The position numbers were made by a program, and so were the translations under genes. Of a stretch of 64,000 nt of DNA, positions 43,504 through 54,401 are shown piece by piece. This stretch comes from Minisyncoccota bacterium (GTDB taxonomy: Bacteria; Patescibacteriota; Minisyncoccia; UBA6257; 2-01-FULL-56-20), in the NCBI GenBank assembly GCA_035541435.1, contig DATKNL010000002.1:67962-131961 (forward strand), in the 5' to 3' direction. The notes under the pieces are model-generated. The model did not search any database and was not told the DNA's origin. It saw only the letters and a program-made list of their open reading frames with translations. Every line of letters starts with the position of its first letter. The stretch's first letter is position 1.

Positions 43504-43941
43504 TTAGACCCTGCGGACCTTGGGCGGCCGGGGGCCGTTGTGCGGGACCGGGGTCGCGTCCTTGATCGAGAGGATATTGAAGCCGTGGTTGATGAGGGAG
43601 CGGATCGCCGAGTCGCGGCCGCTGCCGATCCCCTTCACGATGACCGCGATGTCCTGCGGGCCGTTGTTCTGCAGCTTTTCGGCGATCGCGGCGATGACGC
43701 GCGACGAGGCGAACGGGGTCGCCTTCTTCGGGCCCGAGAAGCCGAGTGAGCCGGCCGAGGCCCACGCGAGCACGTTGCCCTGCGCGTCGGTCACGGTGAC
43801 GACGGTGTTGTTATAGCTCGCGTTCACATAGACCTTGCCCTCCTGGACGCGGCGCGTCTTGCGCGCGGAAACCGCCGGCTTCGCCGCCGCCTGCGTTCCC
43901 GCTGCATCGCCCGATTGGGTTGTGACTTTCTTCTTTCCCAT
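43504..43941 (-). CDS. rpsK: 30S ribosomal protein S11
   Basis: SYNNT, KKATPFA, GSGRDSA, DATPVPHNGPRP. Confidence 0.97.
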   Translation of the reverse strand: MGKKKVTTQSGDAAGTQAAAKPAVSARKTRRVQEGKVYVNASYNNTVVTVTDAQGNVLAWASAGSLGFSGPKKATPFASSRVIAAIAEKLQNNGPQDIAVIVKGIGSGRDSAIRSLINHGFNILSIKDATPVPHNGPRPPKVRRV

Positions 43942-43950
43942 GGCTATCTG

Positions 43951-44334
43951 TTATTTGAGGTCGACTTTGCGCTTGCCGCTGCCCGCCGTCTTGCGGACGT
44001 TGCCGCGGACGGTGCGGGAGTTCGTGCGCGTGCGCTGGCCGCGCACCGGCAGGCGCCGCATGTGGCGCAGGCCGCGATAGGCCTGCAGCTCCTTCAGGCG
44101 GTTGATGTTGCCACGCACGAGCTGGCGGAGCTCGCCTTCGACCGGAAAATTCTTCTCGATGAAGTTCTGGATGCGCAGAATCTCGTCCGCGGTGAGGTCC
44201 TTCGCCTTCTTCGCGACGTCGACGGCGGCGGCCGCGAGCGCCTTGTGGCTCACGGACGGACCAACGCCATAAAGATAGGTGAGCGACACCTCAATCCTCT
44301 TGTTGTCGGGAATGTTGACGCCGAAGATACGCAT
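43951..44334 (-). CDS. rpsM: 30S ribosomal protein S13
   Basis: RIFGVNIP, YRGLRH, LPVRGQRTRTNSRT. Confidence 0.97.
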   Translation of the reverse strand: MRIFGVNIPDNKRIEVSLTYLYGVGPSVSHKALAAAAVDVAKKAKDLTADEILRIQNFIEKNFPVEGELRQLVRGNINRLKELQAYRGLRHMRRLPVRGQRTRTNSRTVRGNVRKTAGSGKRKVDLK

Positions 44335-44339
44335 GATGG

Positions 44340-44453
44340 TTATCCTTGCCGCTGTTTATGCTTGGGGTTTTTGCAGCGCACGTAAAGCTTGCCCTTTCGT
44401 TTGACGATCTGGCAGTTGGCACACATCTTCTTGATGGAGCTTCGAACTTTCAT
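44340..44453 (-). CDS. rpmJ: 50S ribosomal protein L36 (below ORF-track cutoff)
   Basis: Manual translation [37 protein letters not shown]. Confidence 0.96.
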   Translation of the reverse strand: MKVRSSIKKMCANCQIVKRKGKLYVRCKNPKHKQRQG

Positions 44454-44498
44454 GGTATTGCGTTCTGCGTTGCCGGTCCGCACGCCGCGTCCGCCTGT

Positions 44499-44708
44499 TT
44501 AGAGGCGCCGCACGATCCGTCCGCGATGCCCGTCGGGAGCGAGTTCCACGAGCACCCGGTCGCCCGGCAGCACGCGGATATTGTTGATCTTCATCTTGCC
44601 CGCCAAATGAGCGAGAACCTCCGTTCCCGCCTCGTTCATCGTGACTTTGAACATCAGGCCCGGGAGGGCCTCGATCACCCGACCTTCTTTCGCCGTGTCC
44701 TTCTCCAT
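44499..44708 (-). CDS. infA: Translation initiation factor IF-1
   Basis: [33 protein letters not shown]; ATG at 44708. Confidence 0.95.
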   Translation of the reverse strand: MEKDTAKEGRVIEALPGLMFKVTMNEAGTEVLAHLAGKMKINNIRVLPGDRVLVELAPDGHRGRIVRRL

Positions 44709-44847
44709 TAACGCCGTGGGTGTCTCATGAAAACAGGAATAATGGCGATTTGATGCGGTAAGGAGATTATAGTCCGGCTTCGGCTCATTTGTCAACAAGA
44801 TCCCTTGAAGATCCCTTGGCGGGCGGGCCCGGCCGCCACCCCGCCTC

Positions 44848-46635
44848 CTAGTGGACGGTGATATGGACCTTGCCCGGATTCGCCGGGATGCTCATGAGCC
44901 ACAGGGGCCACACCGATATCTTGCCGTCCGCGAGGTTCGGCAGGTTGAGGATCTCGTTGCGGGCGCTTGCGATGCTCTGCCCCTGGATGGTCGACGAGAA
45001 GTCGTCGGCCGAGAAGGACGGCTCGAGGTTCGCCTGGACGGCGGCGTCGAACTTCACCTGGCCCGTCGTGAAGTTCGCCTGCACGCCCGAATAGTCGATC
45101 GTGACCGACGAGAACGTCGAGCTCGCCTCGGTCGCCTGCGCGAGCGAGAGCAGATAGGCCTTGAGCGCGTTCTCGTCGAAGCCGACGGCGACCATCGTCG
45201 CCTGGCCGAAGACGGTGAAGTTGCCATTCGCGTCAGTCGTCGTCCCCACGATGAGCTTCGAGACCTGATAGGTCGTCGCGCCGTCGAGGATCTTGAAGTT
45301 CTGCGGATAGGCGTTCGTGAATCCGCCGGCGAGGCTCGCCTGCAGGATCGCGGTCGTCGAGGCCTTGGCCGCCGTGATGTCGGCCGCGGTCGGGACCGCC
45401 TTCGTGCCGGTGAAGCCGCCCGCCGTCGAGGTCGCGATCGCGCCATAGAAGCCCTGATAGCGTCCGGCGTCCTTCTGGAATCCAGGAATGGTGAGGTGCG
45501 CGACCGGTCCCATATTATAAGAGAGGCCGGGCTGGTCGGCGACGATCGCCGCGGTGACCGACGACGGGGTGATCGTACCGTTCGCGACCTGCGCGCCCGG
45601 CACCGTCACATTGTTCACGAGCCGGAAGATCTTGCCGTCGGGCGTCAGGAACCGCGTCGTGGCGACGAGCTCCTGGGGCGACGAGTTGTAGGCGTTATAG
45701 ATCGTGATGACGCCCGTCGACTTGAGGTTCACGTTCTGCTGGGAGCTTGCCGGGAAGTTCTCGGTGATGTTCTTCGGCGACGTGAAGACGGTCGCCGGAA
45801 TCACGACGGTTCCCCCGCTGCTCGTGAAGGCCGACGCGTTCTTGTCGGCGATGAACGATCCCTGATAGCTCCACGGGGTCTGCTTGAAGTTGATCGCGAT
45901 GTCGGCGCGGTCGAAATAGGCGGTGAGTATGTAGCCCACGGCCGCGAGCGCGATCACGACGGCTGCGAGCGTCCACCAGACCTTCGCCGATATGCGGCGC
46001 GGTGCGGCGTCGTCATCGCCGTCTTCGGCGTCGCTGTCCGAGCCATTCCCGCCGTCATCCTCCCCGCCTTCTGACCTCATGCGGCGCAGGCGCGCCGGCA
46101 GGCTGATTTTCTTGAAAAACCGGTTCTCCTCGATCGATTCCTCAATCTCGGCCTCTTCCTCGGTCTCGGGCTGGAGCGCGTCTTCGGCTTCATCCGCCGT
46201 CTCGTCCCGGCCGCCGCCGGCCTCGTCGTCATCGCCCGCGCCGGCGCCGCCCGACGACTCTTCTATCTCGACGATCTCGAGCTTGGTCTCGGCCTTCTTC
46301 GCGCGCGACTTCTTCGCCTTCGGCTCATGCGCCCCCTCGTCCTTCGGGACGATGTCGGAAAACCCGCCCGAGCCGCGGACGCTCTTCCACAGCGGATGGC
46401 TTGCCTCGATGTCGGCCTGCTTCGCATAGGCGAGGATCGTCTCGTCCACCGATTCGATGACGACCGACTTTCCGGCGGCGTCGCTTTCGCGCCTGAGCAG
46501 CGTGAAATTCCGCACGGACTTGCCCAGTGCGGAGTTTTTCGGGATGACGAGGACGACCTCGTTCTCGGGTTCGTTCAGGATCTTGTCGATGACTTCGGCG
46601 ATGCCCTCGGACTTGTCGGCTATTATCTTTTTCAT
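44848..46635 (-). CDS. Single-pass membrane protein with baseplate-J-like extracellular region
   Basis: N-terminal alpha/beta domain, acidic linker, TM helix, then [30 protein letters not shown]. Confidence 0.65.
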   Translation of the reverse strand: MKKIIADKSEGIAEVIDKILNEPENEVVLVIPKNSALGKSVRNFTLLRRESDAAGKSVVIESVDETILAYAKQADIEASHPLWKSVRGSGGFSDIVPKDEGAHEPKAKKSRAKKAETKLEIVEIEESSGGAGAGDDDEAGGGRDETADEAEDALQPETEEEAEIEESIEENRFFKKISLPARLRRMRSEGGEDDGGNGSDSDAEDGDDDAAPRRISAKVWWTLAAVVIALAAVGYILTAYFDRADIAINFKQTPWSYQGSFIADKNASAFTSSGGTVVIPATVFTSPKNITENFPASSQQNVNLKSTGVITIYNAYNSSPQELVATTRFLTPDGKIFRLVNNVTVPGAQVANGTITPSSVTAAIVADQPGLSYNMGPVAHLTIPGFQKDAGRYQGFYGAIATSTAGGFTGTKAVPTAADITAAKASTTAILQASLAGGFTNAYPQNFKILDGATTYQVSKLIVGTTTDANGNFTVFGQATMVAVGFDENALKAYLLSLAQATEASSTFSSVTIDYSGVQANFTTGQVKFDAAVQANLEPSFSADDFSSTIQGQSIASARNEILNLPNLADGKISVWPLWLMSIPANPGKVHITVH

Positions 46636-46683
46636 CTTTACTATTATATCACACGCATGCGCGCCGGAATCGCGCGCACGCGC

Positions 46684-47853
46684 CTAGTTGAGCAGCCAGT
46701 GCAGCCGCCGCCGCAGCTTCTGGTTGATCTCGGAATTGCTCTTGTCGAAATAGGCCTCGATGAACGGCAGTACGTTGCGCACGAGGACGCGCCGCGGCAC
46801 GGCGCCCCCGTCCTTCACCGCGACCGACGACGGGAAGTCGAGCGACTCGAGGATCTCGCCGAGCGGCACGGGCTCGATCGTCACGCCGGCCGCGCGGTGC
46901 GGCGTCTCGAACGGCAGCTCGTGCGGCGCGTCGACATAGGCGTAGCCGCCGAGCTTCTCCTTCTCGAGCGCCTCGGTGAAATGGCGCACGGCGGGATCGA
47001 TCACGCGCTTCATGGCGCGCAGGGCGTCCTTCGACATGTTCCCGTGCAGGTATTCGCGATAGAGCCGTTCGGCGGCCGCCATGCTCACACCGAGCTCGGC
47101 CGCGATGCGCCGGATCAGCTCGTCGAAGTCCCAGCCAAGCTTCTCCCTATATAGGACGGGGTGTCCTTCTTTGGCCTCGGCCATGACATAGACGGCCGCG
47201 CCGCCGCCCTCGGCCTCGATGAGCGCGAGCGGCAGCGGGCGGCTGCGGGCGATCGCGAGCAGCCGGGACTGCGGCCCCTCGACGAAAAAGAAATGGTCGG
47301 GCGCGTTGAAAAATCCCTTCAGCTCCTCGAAGAGCTCGCGGGTCGTGAAACGCAGTTCGAGGATGAGCGAAATCTTCTTGCCGGTGAAGCCGGCCGGATT
47401 CACGACCGACTTGCCGTCGATCTTGAAATGGCGCGCCTCGGCGCCGACGAGGATCGTGTCGAGCTCATGGATGCCGAGTCGCTTCGCCGCCTCGCTGCGG
47501 CACTGGTTGAAGACCTTCGCCATCGCCTGCGCGATGAGGTTCTCGAGTTCGGCGAGCGTGATCTCGAACTTCGCATCGGCCTTCTCGCGCGGCAGCTCGA
47601 GCGGCAGCGGGATCGTGGTCGCGAGCGACGGGTGCGCCGTCGCGATCACCTTGCGCCGCCCGCGCTTGAAAAGATATTCCCCCTCCCACGACTTCTGGGT
47701 CACGCGCCGCATCGGCGATTGCAGGAACTTCCTGAGGCTCGCATTCTCGACGTACTTCTCGACGACGATGCCGCGGTTCTCGCCGAGCGTGAGGAAGAGC
47801 GCGTTCACGCCGGCCGGAGCGATCTCAAGGATGAGGAATTTCTCCTTTTTCAC
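46684..47853 (-). CDS. Degenerate FtsA/actin-like protein
   Basis: FLILEI start, IDGKSVVNPAGFTGK insert, AERLYREY; GTG start 6 nt after TATGAT. Confidence 0.55.
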   Translation of the reverse strand: MKKEKFLILEIAPAGVNALFLTLGENRGIVVEKYVENASLRKFLQSPMRRVTQKSWEGEYLFKRGRRKVIATAHPSLATTIPLPLELPREKADAKFEITLAELENLIAQAMAKVFNQCRSEAAKRLGIHELDTILVGAEARHFKIDGKSVVNPAGFTGKKISLILELRFTTRELFEELKGFFNAPDHFFFVEGPQSRLLAIARSRPLPLALIEAEGGGAAVYVMAEAKEGHPVLYREKLGWDFDELIRRIAAELGVSMAAAERLYREYLHGNMSKDALRAMKRVIDPAVRHFTEALEKEKLGGYAYVDAPHELPFETPHRAAGVTIEPVPLGEILESLDFPSSVAVKDGGAVPRRVLVRNVLPFIEAYFDKSNSEINQKLRRRLHWLLN

Positions 47854-47888
47854 ACCTCCATCATAGCATAGGTTTTTCCCCGTCCCGC

Positions 47889-49772
47889 CTATTCGATCGT
47901 CCCGCGCGCGCGCCGGATGCCGGCGGCGACCGCCTCCTCTTTCGCGAACGTGAAGCGCCCGATCTCGCCCGTGTGCGCGACATGCGGGCCGCCGCAGAAC
48001 TCGATCGAAAACGCCTTGGCGAACTGCGGGTCGGCCTGCGTTGCGCCCTTCGGGCCGATCGAATAGACCGAGACGCGCTCGGGATATTTCTGCCCGAACT
48101 CGTGCTCAGCGCCGAGCTTCTCGGCCTCCTCGCGGGCCATCTCGGACCGGATCACGGGCAGGTCCTCGGCGATCTTCTCGTTCACGATCTCTTCAACGCG
48201 GCGCTTCTCGTCGTCGGTCATCCTGCCGTCATAGGAGAAGTCGAGGCGCAGCCGCTCGCTCGTGATGTTGCTGCCGCGCTGCTTCACCTGCGGGCCGAGC
48301 ACGGTCTGCAACGCCTTGAGCAACAGGTGGTGCGCGGTGTGCAGGCGCACGGTCTTCTCGGACGTGTCGGCGAGGCCGCCCTTGAAGGTGCCGGCCGATG
48401 CGGTGCGCGAAAGGTCCTGATGCTTCTTGAATTCGGCTTCGAACTCGGCACGGTCGACGGCGATGCCGCGCCCGCGCGACATCTCTTCGGTGAGCTCCCA
48501 AGGGAACCCGTAGCTCTGATAGAGGTCGAAGGCATCGGTGCCCGTCACGGAGCCGCCCGCGACCCTTCGTTCGAATTCCCTAAGGCCGTCCTTCACGGTC
48601 GCGCCGAACTTCTGGAACTCGTCGGCGACCGCCTTCTGGATCGCCGCCTCGTTCGCGTCGAGTTCGGGATAGGCGTCGGCATAGGACGAGCATGCGGCCC
48701 GCACCGTCTCGCGGAGCCACGAGGGCGCCGTCTTCTCGGCGCCCGAGAAGAGCGCCGCCCGGCGGATGAGCTTGCGCAGCACGTAGCCCCGCCCCTTGTT
48801 CGACGGCAGTACGCCGTCGGCGACGAGGAACACCGCGGCGCGGATGTGATCGAGGATCACGCGCACCCGCTTCACGTCGTCCGCCGGCACGTGACGTGCC
48901 ATCGCCGCGAATACGTCGACGTGGAACACGTCCGGATCGTCGTTCGCCGCCGCCGCGATGCGCTCGAGGCCGCCGCCAAAGTCGACGTTGCGCTGCGCGA
49001 GCTTCTCGAACGTGCCGTCGTCGCGCTTCTTGTATTCCATGAAGACCGAGTTGCCGATCTCGAGGAACCGCCCGCAGTCGCAGTTCGGATGGCACTGCGC
49101 GCCGAACTTCGCATCGTGCGTGGCACCCGTCGGGTCGAAGTCATAGAAGACCTCCGAGTCGGGACCGCCCGGTTCGCCGGCCGGCATCTTCGCCGGGACG
49201 CCGGCGCGGCTCCACCAGTTCTTCTTCACGTCATACGAGAAGATTCGGCCGCCCTGCATGCCCTTCGCGCTTCCCTCGGTCTCGGAACCGAGCGGCACAT
49301 AGGCGGCGTCGATCCCCTTCCCTTTGAACAGCCGCTTCCAGATCGCGACCGATTCCTCGTCGGCCGGGATGCCCGTCTCGCGGTCGCCGGCGAACACGGT
49401 GACGTACAGGCGCGCCGGATCAAGGCCGGCGCCCTTCGCCGGATCGGTCAGGAATTCGAAAAGCCACGGCAGCTGCTCCTCTTTGAAATAGTCGCCGAGC
49501 GACCAGTTGCCAAGCATCTCGAAGAAGGTGGTGTGACGGTTGTCGCCCACCTCGTCGATGTCCTCGGCGCGGAAGCACTTCTCGGCATCGGCAAGCCGCC
49601 GCCCTTCGGGGTGCTTCTCGCCAAGCAGGTACGGCACGAGCGGCTGCATGCCCGAGCCCGTGAAGAGGGTCGTCGGATCGTTCTCGGGGACGATCGATGC
49701 GGAGGGCAGCACGGCGTGGCCCCGGGCCTTGAAGAACGCGAGGTAGCGCGACCGGATGTCGGAGATCGTCAT
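47889..49772 (-). CDS. alaS: Alanine--tRNA ligase (no C-Ala domain)
   Basis: LFTGSGMQPL, HTTFFEMLGNWS, DFGGGLER, HTAHHLL, EFCGGPHV. Confidence 0.97.
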   Translation of the reverse strand: MTISDIRSRYLAFFKARGHAVLPSASIVPENDPTTLFTGSGMQPLVPYLLGEKHPEGRRLADAEKCFRAEDIDEVGDNRHTTFFEMLGNWSLGDYFKEEQLPWLFEFLTDPAKGAGLDPARLYVTVFAGDRETGIPADEESVAIWKRLFKGKGIDAAYVPLGSETEGSAKGMQGGRIFSYDVKKNWWSRAGVPAKMPAGEPGGPDSEVFYDFDPTGATHDAKFGAQCHPNCDCGRFLEIGNSVFMEYKKRDDGTFEKLAQRNVDFGGGLERIAAAANDDPDVFHVDVFAAMARHVPADDVKRVRVILDHIRAAVFLVADGVLPSNKGRGYVLRKLIRRAALFSGAEKTAPSWLRETVRAACSSYADAYPELDANEAAIQKAVADEFQKFGATVKDGLREFERRVAGGSVTGTDAFDLYQSYGFPWELTEEMSRGRGIAVDRAEFEAEFKKHQDLSRTASAGTFKGGLADTSEKTVRLHTAHHLLLKALQTVLGPQVKQRGSNITSERLRLDFSYDGRMTDDEKRRVEEIVNEKIAEDLPVIRSEMAREEAEKLGAEHEFGQKYPERVSVYSIGPKGATQADPQFAKAFSIEFCGGPHVAHTGEIGRFTFAKEEAVAAGIRRARGTIE

Positions 49773-49803
49773 AGCTCATAAAATATCACATTTTCCGGAC
49801 ATT

Positions 49804-49841
49804 AAAAACATCCCGCCGGCGGTTCGCACGCGCGGCGGGAT
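49804..49841 (-). terminator. Terminator after rpoD
   Basis: ATCCCGCCG/CGGCGGGAT stem with T5 on the minus strand. Confidence 0.6.
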
Positions 49842-49865
49842 TGTCAACGGTCCTTTAACCGAAAT

Positions 49866-51113
49866 TTAAGAAATGCTTTCGAAGCCTTCGAGCGCCGCGG
49901 CCTTGCCGTGCTCGCGGATCTTCTCAAGCGCCTTCGCCTCGATCTGCCGGATGCGCTCGCGCGTCACGCCGAACGCCTTGCCGACCTCCTCGAGCGTGTG
50001 GCTGATGCCGTCCTCGAGGCCGAAGCGCATCTTGAGGATCTGCTGCTCGCGCTCGGTAAGGTCGATCATGATCTCGCGGATGAGGTCGCGGAGCATCGCG
50101 CGCGCGGTGAGCTGCGCCGGGGTCGCGTTCTTCTCGTCGGGGATGAAGTCTGACAGGGTCGAGTCCTCCTCGTCGCCGATCGGCGTCTCGATCGAGAGCA
50201 CCTCCTGCGAGATCTTCTGGATGTGGCGGACCTTCTCGACGTCGACGCCCATTTCGGCGGCCAGCTCCTCGGCGAGCGGGTCGCGGCCGAGCTCCTGGAT
50301 CAGCTGGCGGCGGACCTGGGTGTATTTCGAGATGGTCTCGACCATGTGGACCGGGATGCGCACCGTGCGCGACTGGTCGGCGAGGGCGCGCGTGATCGCC
50401 TGGCGGATCCACCAGGTCGCATAGGTCGAGAACTTGAAGCCGCGCCGGTAATCGAACTTCTCGACGGCGCGCGAAAGGCCGATGTTCCCCTCCTGGATGA
50501 GGTCGAGGATCGAAAGGTGCGGCGTGCGGTTCACGTAGCGCTTGGCGATCGAGACGACGAGCCGGAGGTTCGCCTTCATGAGCCGCTGCCGCGCGTCCTC
50601 GTCGCCCTTCTCGGCGCGCTTCGCGAGCTCGCGCTCCTCGTCCTTCGAGAGGAGCGGCGTGCGGCCGATCTCCTTCAGGTACATCTGCACGGCGTCGGGG
50701 ACGTCGCCCTCGAACGCCATCGAGTCGTCGATCGCGCGGTCGTCCTCGTCCTTCGAGAAGTCGATGAGGGCGCTCGTCTCGATCACCTTGATGCCCGCCT
50801 TCTCGAGGCGGTCATAGATCTCGTCGAGCAGCCCGACGTTGTCCTCGATCTTCGGGAAATAATAGAGGATCTCGTTGTCCGTCACGAAGCCGCGCGGGCG
50901 GCCGCGCTCAATGAGCTCGTTGATCTCCTGGGCGTGGGCCTTGACGCTCTTCTCGAGCTTCGAAAGCGGCTTCGCCTTCTTCGATTTCGAAGGGGCCGAA
51001 GCTTTCGGGGACGCCTTTTTGAGGCGGGTTTTGGCCGCCTTCTTTTTGGAAGTCTTGGTTGCCATGCGATGTCCGTGCCGGGCCTTCGCCTTAGTGCGCG
51101 CTTTTGGGGCCAT
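49866..51113 (-). CDS. rpoD: Primary RNA polymerase sigma-70 factor
   Basis: [49 protein letters not shown]; Lys-rich N-terminus. Confidence 0.96.
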   Translation of the reverse strand: MAPKARTKAKARHGHRMATKTSKKKAAKTRLKKASPKASAPSKSKKAKPLSKLEKSVKAHAQEINELIERGRPRGFVTDNEILYYFPKIEDNVGLLDEIYDRLEKAGIKVIETSALIDFSKDEDDRAIDDSMAFEGDVPDAVQMYLKEIGRTPLLSKDEERELAKRAEKGDEDARQRLMKANLRLVVSIAKRYVNRTPHLSILDLIQEGNIGLSRAVEKFDYRRGFKFSTYATWWIRQAITRALADQSRTVRIPVHMVETISKYTQVRRQLIQELGRDPLAEELAAEMGVDVEKVRHIQKISQEVLSIETPIGDEEDSTLSDFIPDEKNATPAQLTARAMLRDLIREIMIDLTEREQQILKMRFGLEDGISHTLEEVGKAFGVTRERIRQIEAKALEKIREHGKAAALEGFESIS

Positions 51114-51167
51114 TACTTGATACTTTATTATCCGTCATTTCTTACAAAAATGCAAGTAGCTCGGGCC

Positions 51168-52904
51168 TTACGAGGGATCGTCCGCGACGATGGGAAGGCC
51201 GTCGAGCTCCTTCAGTGCCGCCGCGAGCTCGGCATCATTCCCGTTCGCCTCGGCATTCCGCACCGCAAGGGTGAGGATCGCCCGCCGCTCGCGGTAGTAT
51301 TCCTTCGCAAGTTCCGCCTTGAGCCGCATGATCTCGTCGTCCGAAACGCCGCCGTCTCCGCCCCCACCGCCGCCGAAGACGATCATCCCGACGACGTGGT
51401 CGAGCCCCGGGTCCTCGCTCTTGTGCTGCCCGGCGGCGAGCAGCCTGAAGACCTCCTTCTGGGCGGGCTTGAGATAAGGAAGGCAGTCCTCGACGATCGC
51501 GAAGTCGTTCTTTGAGAACGCCGCGATGAAGAGCCGTTCGGCAAGGCGGTCCTGGCGGGACACCTCGCGCTTGGCCGCGTCGTCGTCGCCCGCGCCGTCG
51601 GCCCTCCGCGGCGACGAGGCCGGGACGCCCGACGACGATTTCTCAGCCTCTTCCTGCAGCGTCTTTTCGGGGATGCCGGTCCGCTTCGCGAGTTCGGCGA
51701 ACCAGAAGCCGCGCTCGACGGGGCTCGCGATCACCTTCAGCTTGCCGAGGACGGCGCGGAGCCGCTGCAGCCCGTCGCGGTTCTTGAGCTCGGCCGGGTC
51801 CGCGGGCAGGAACTTCTTGAAATAGAATTCGGGCGCGGGCATCGCGGCGGCGACCGTGCGCGCGACCGCGGCCGGGTCGGCCTTCGCGGCGTCGGCCGCG
51901 TCCTTATAGTCGGTGAACATCGCGACCTTCACGGTGAAGTCGTTCGCCTCGGCGAGGTCGATCGCCCGCTCGGCCGCGTCGGCGCCCGCGGCGTCGCTGT
52001 CGAAGCAGAGCACGATGTCCTCGGCGAGCCGGTGGATCACCGTAAGGTGGTCCGCGGTGAGCGCCGTCCCCGAGCTCGCCACCACGTTGCGCACGCCGGA
52101 CTGGTAGCTCATGAGGAAATCCATCTGCCCCTCCATGAGCACGGCCGCCTTCGTCTCGCGGATCGCGTCCTTGCTCTTCCAGAACCCATAGAGCAGCTTC
52201 GACTTCTGGAAGATCGGCGTCTCGGGGCTGTTCACGTATTTGCCCATGTCGCCCTTGTCGAGCTGCGGCAGGATGCGGCCGGTGAACCCGACCACCTTGC
52301 CCACGTGGTTGTGGATCGGGAACATGATGCGCCCCCGGAACCGGTCGAGCATGAGCCCGCGCTCCGTCTTGATGGAAAGCCCCGCCTGGACGAGGTCCTG
52401 CGGCGACGCGCCGGTGTTCAGCAGGTGCATCGAAAGCCCCTCGGGTTCGTTCGGCGCCCAGCCGATCTCGAACGTCTCGACCGTCTCGGGTGCAAGTCCC
52501 CGCTCCTCGAGATATTTTTTTGCGACCGGCGCGGCGGCGAACGCCTTCCTGAAAAACGCCTTGGCCTGGTCGTTCAGGTCATAGAGGAGGCCGCTATAGC
52601 GGTATTCGGCCGGATTCTCGTGGCGCAGCTCGACGCCGGTCTTCTCGGCGAGCATCCGCATCGCCTCGCCGAACTCGACGTTCTCATAACGCATCACGAA
52701 CGAGAAGGCGTCGCCGCCGAGGCCGCAGCCGAAGCAGTGCCAGGACTGCCGGTCGGGCGAGACCATGAAGGACGGCGTCTTCTCGTGATGGAACGGGCAG
52801 AGCGCCTTGAAGTTACGGCCCGCCGGCACGAGCGTGAGATAGCCGCGCAGGAAGTCGACGATGTCGAGCCTGCTTTTGATGAGTTCGGTCGTCGAGGAAG
52901 GCAT
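51168..52904 (-). CDS. dnaG: DNA primase
   Basis: CPFHHEKTPSF, HCFGC, KYVNSPET, EGQMD, FDSDAAG; ATG at 52904. Confidence 0.97.
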   Translation of the reverse strand: MPSSTTELIKSRLDIVDFLRGYLTLVPAGRNFKALCPFHHEKTPSFMVSPDRQSWHCFGCGLGGDAFSFVMRYENVEFGEAMRMLAEKTGVELRHENPAEYRYSGLLYDLNDQAKAFFRKAFAAAPVAKKYLEERGLAPETVETFEIGWAPNEPEGLSMHLLNTGASPQDLVQAGLSIKTERGLMLDRFRGRIMFPIHNHVGKVVGFTGRILPQLDKGDMGKYVNSPETPIFQKSKLLYGFWKSKDAIRETKAAVLMEGQMDFLMSYQSGVRNVVASSGTALTADHLTVIHRLAEDIVLCFDSDAAGADAAERAIDLAEANDFTVKVAMFTDYKDAADAAKADPAAVARTVAAAMPAPEFYFKKFLPADPAELKNRDGLQRLRAVLGKLKVIASPVERGFWFAELAKRTGIPEKTLQEEAEKSSSGVPASSPRRADGAGDDDAAKREVSRQDRLAERLFIAAFSKNDFAIVEDCLPYLKPAQKEVFRLLAAGQHKSEDPGLDHVVGMIVFGGGGGGDGGVSDDEIMRLKAELAKEYYRERRAILTLAVRNAEANGNDAELAAALKELDGLPIVADDPS

Positions 52905-52994
52905 GTTGCTCCTATTGTATGCCCCGCCCGCATGCGCCGCAATGCCGGGCCGCGCCCGCACGCGCCGTCCTTCGAGGGAAATATTAAAAAATCA

Positions 52995-54041
52995 TTAAAG
53001 GATCGCGATCTGGGCCGCGGCGCTCTGGTTCAGCATGACGGCGAGTCCCGCGACGACGATCACGATGAGCGCGCCGAAGATGAGTTTCGGATGCTGCACC
53101 TCGAACTTGATGAAGACGTTGAGGCCGAGCGCGACGAGGAAGAGCGCCATGAGGAACATATAGAAGTCGTTGGCGAGCGCCTTCGGGTCGGCGACGAGCC
53201 GCTGCAGGAAGTTCGTCTGCGGCGCGAGCGGCGCGGCGTGGTCCGACGAGATGAAGCCGAGGACGGCGCTCGAGCTGTTCGCGAGCGGCGGCGCGGTGGT
53301 CGCGCTCTCGGATGTTGCATTCCGGCCGGCCGCGGCGATCACGGTGTTCGTTGCCGGTTTCGGCGCGGGCTTCGGGGTCGGAGCCGGCGTCGGTTTGGCG
53401 TTCGGTTTCGCCGCGGGCGCGGGCGCGGCGGCGTTCGCCGACGAGAGTCCCGGGATCGGGCTGACCGCCACGGCGACCGGTGCGGGCGTCCCGAAGAGCT
53501 CGACGGCGAAGGTCGCATGATGGCCCTCGAACATGCCGTCGGCTTTCGCCATGCCGATCTCGGTGTAGTCCGGATCGAGGATGTTCGCGCGGTGTTCGGG
53601 CGAATTCATCCAGGCGTTCGTCACGTCCTGCGAGTCCGAGAAGTCGACGGCGAGGTTCTCGCCGGCATAGTCGAAGGAATAGCCGACCTGCGCGAACCAG
53701 TACCACGGCGTGAGCCCTTCGGGGCTCGTATGGGCGAAATAGCCCTTCGAGGCCATGTCGTTCGCCTTTTCCTGGGCGGCGGCGTCGAGAAGCGCGTTCT
53801 CACGGAGCGGCTGCAGGCTGTCCTTGACGCGGTTCGCGTTGGTCTCGTCGATGAGCGCGTTCGCGAGGACGATGCCGAAGAGCCTCGACCGCGGGATCAC
53901 GTAGCGCGACGCGCCGACATAGGCGCCTTCGGCGACGATGATCACGAGGCAGAAGAGCGCGACGACGCGCGGATGGAGGAGGTGCGGCTGATAGTCGTTC
54001 CCCTTGTGCGGAATGAAATACTTCTTGACCGCCTTGCGCAT
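52995..54041 (-). CDS. CAP (SCP)-domain membrane protein
   Basis: N..R, YFAHTSP, AGENLA, WMNSPEHRANIL; Pro/Ala linker; TM helices at both ends. Confidence 0.9.
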   Translation of the reverse strand: MRKAVKKYFIPHKGNDYQPHLLHPRVVALFCLVIIVAEGAYVGASRYVIPRSRLFGIVLANALIDETNANRVKDSLQPLRENALLDAAAQEKANDMASKGYFAHTSPEGLTPWYWFAQVGYSFDYAGENLAVDFSDSQDVTNAWMNSPEHRANILDPDYTEIGMAKADGMFEGHHATFAVELFGTPAPVAVAVSPIPGLSSANAAAPAPAAKPNAKPTPAPTPKPAPKPATNTVIAAAGRNATSESATTAPPLANSSSAVLGFISSDHAAPLAPQTNFLQRLVADPKALANDFYMFLMALFLVALGLNVFIKFEVQHPKLIFGALIVIVVAGLAVMLNQSAAAQIAIL

Positions 54042-54098
54042 GAAAATATTATGTCACATGAGATGGCGCAATGCAAGTCGCGCGCCCGCCCCGCTTCT

Positions 54099-54126
54099 TT
54101 GACACCCCGGCGTCCGGGCGTACAAT
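54099..54126 (+). promoter_or_regulatory. sigma70 promoter
   Basis: TTGACA-16 bp-TACAAT. Confidence 0.6.
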
Positions 54127-54162
54127 CGAATCAGGACGTGAATTTCGGATTGGAGGTGGACG

Positions 54163-54354
54163 ATGAAAGGCTTGATCGGCTTGGCGCTCCTCATTGCGTG
54201 TGTCTTCTATTTCGTGCTGGGAAAGGACGGACACGGAACGATCTCGCCGCTCGGGTTCTTCGTTGCGACAGGTGCGTTCCTTGTCGGCATCGGATGGATC
54301 CTCTTCGACAATATCCCGAACCGTCCGCCGCGGTCGGCGGCGGAAAGAAAATAG
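54163..54354 (+). CDS. Small 2-TM membrane protein
   Basis: 63 aa with GGAGG SD, own promoter and terminator. Confidence 0.65.
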   Translation: MKGLIGLALLIACVFYFVLGKDGHGTISPLGFFVATGAFLVGIGWILFDNIPNRPPRSAAERK

Positions 54355-54366
54355 ACAGCCAGGAAG

Positions 54367-54395
54367 ACGAGGTCTCGCCATGAGACCTCGTTTTT
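54367..54395 (+). terminator. Intrinsic terminator
   Basis: ACGAGGTCTC-gccat-GAGACCTCGT followed by Ts. Confidence 0.8.
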
Positions 54396-54401
54396 GTTTC
54401 T

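Noticed and set aside
44848-46635. Prophage or contractile injection system suggested by baseplate-J-like similarity
   Set aside because: No other phage structural genes; the gene has a TM helix and sits among housekeeping genes.
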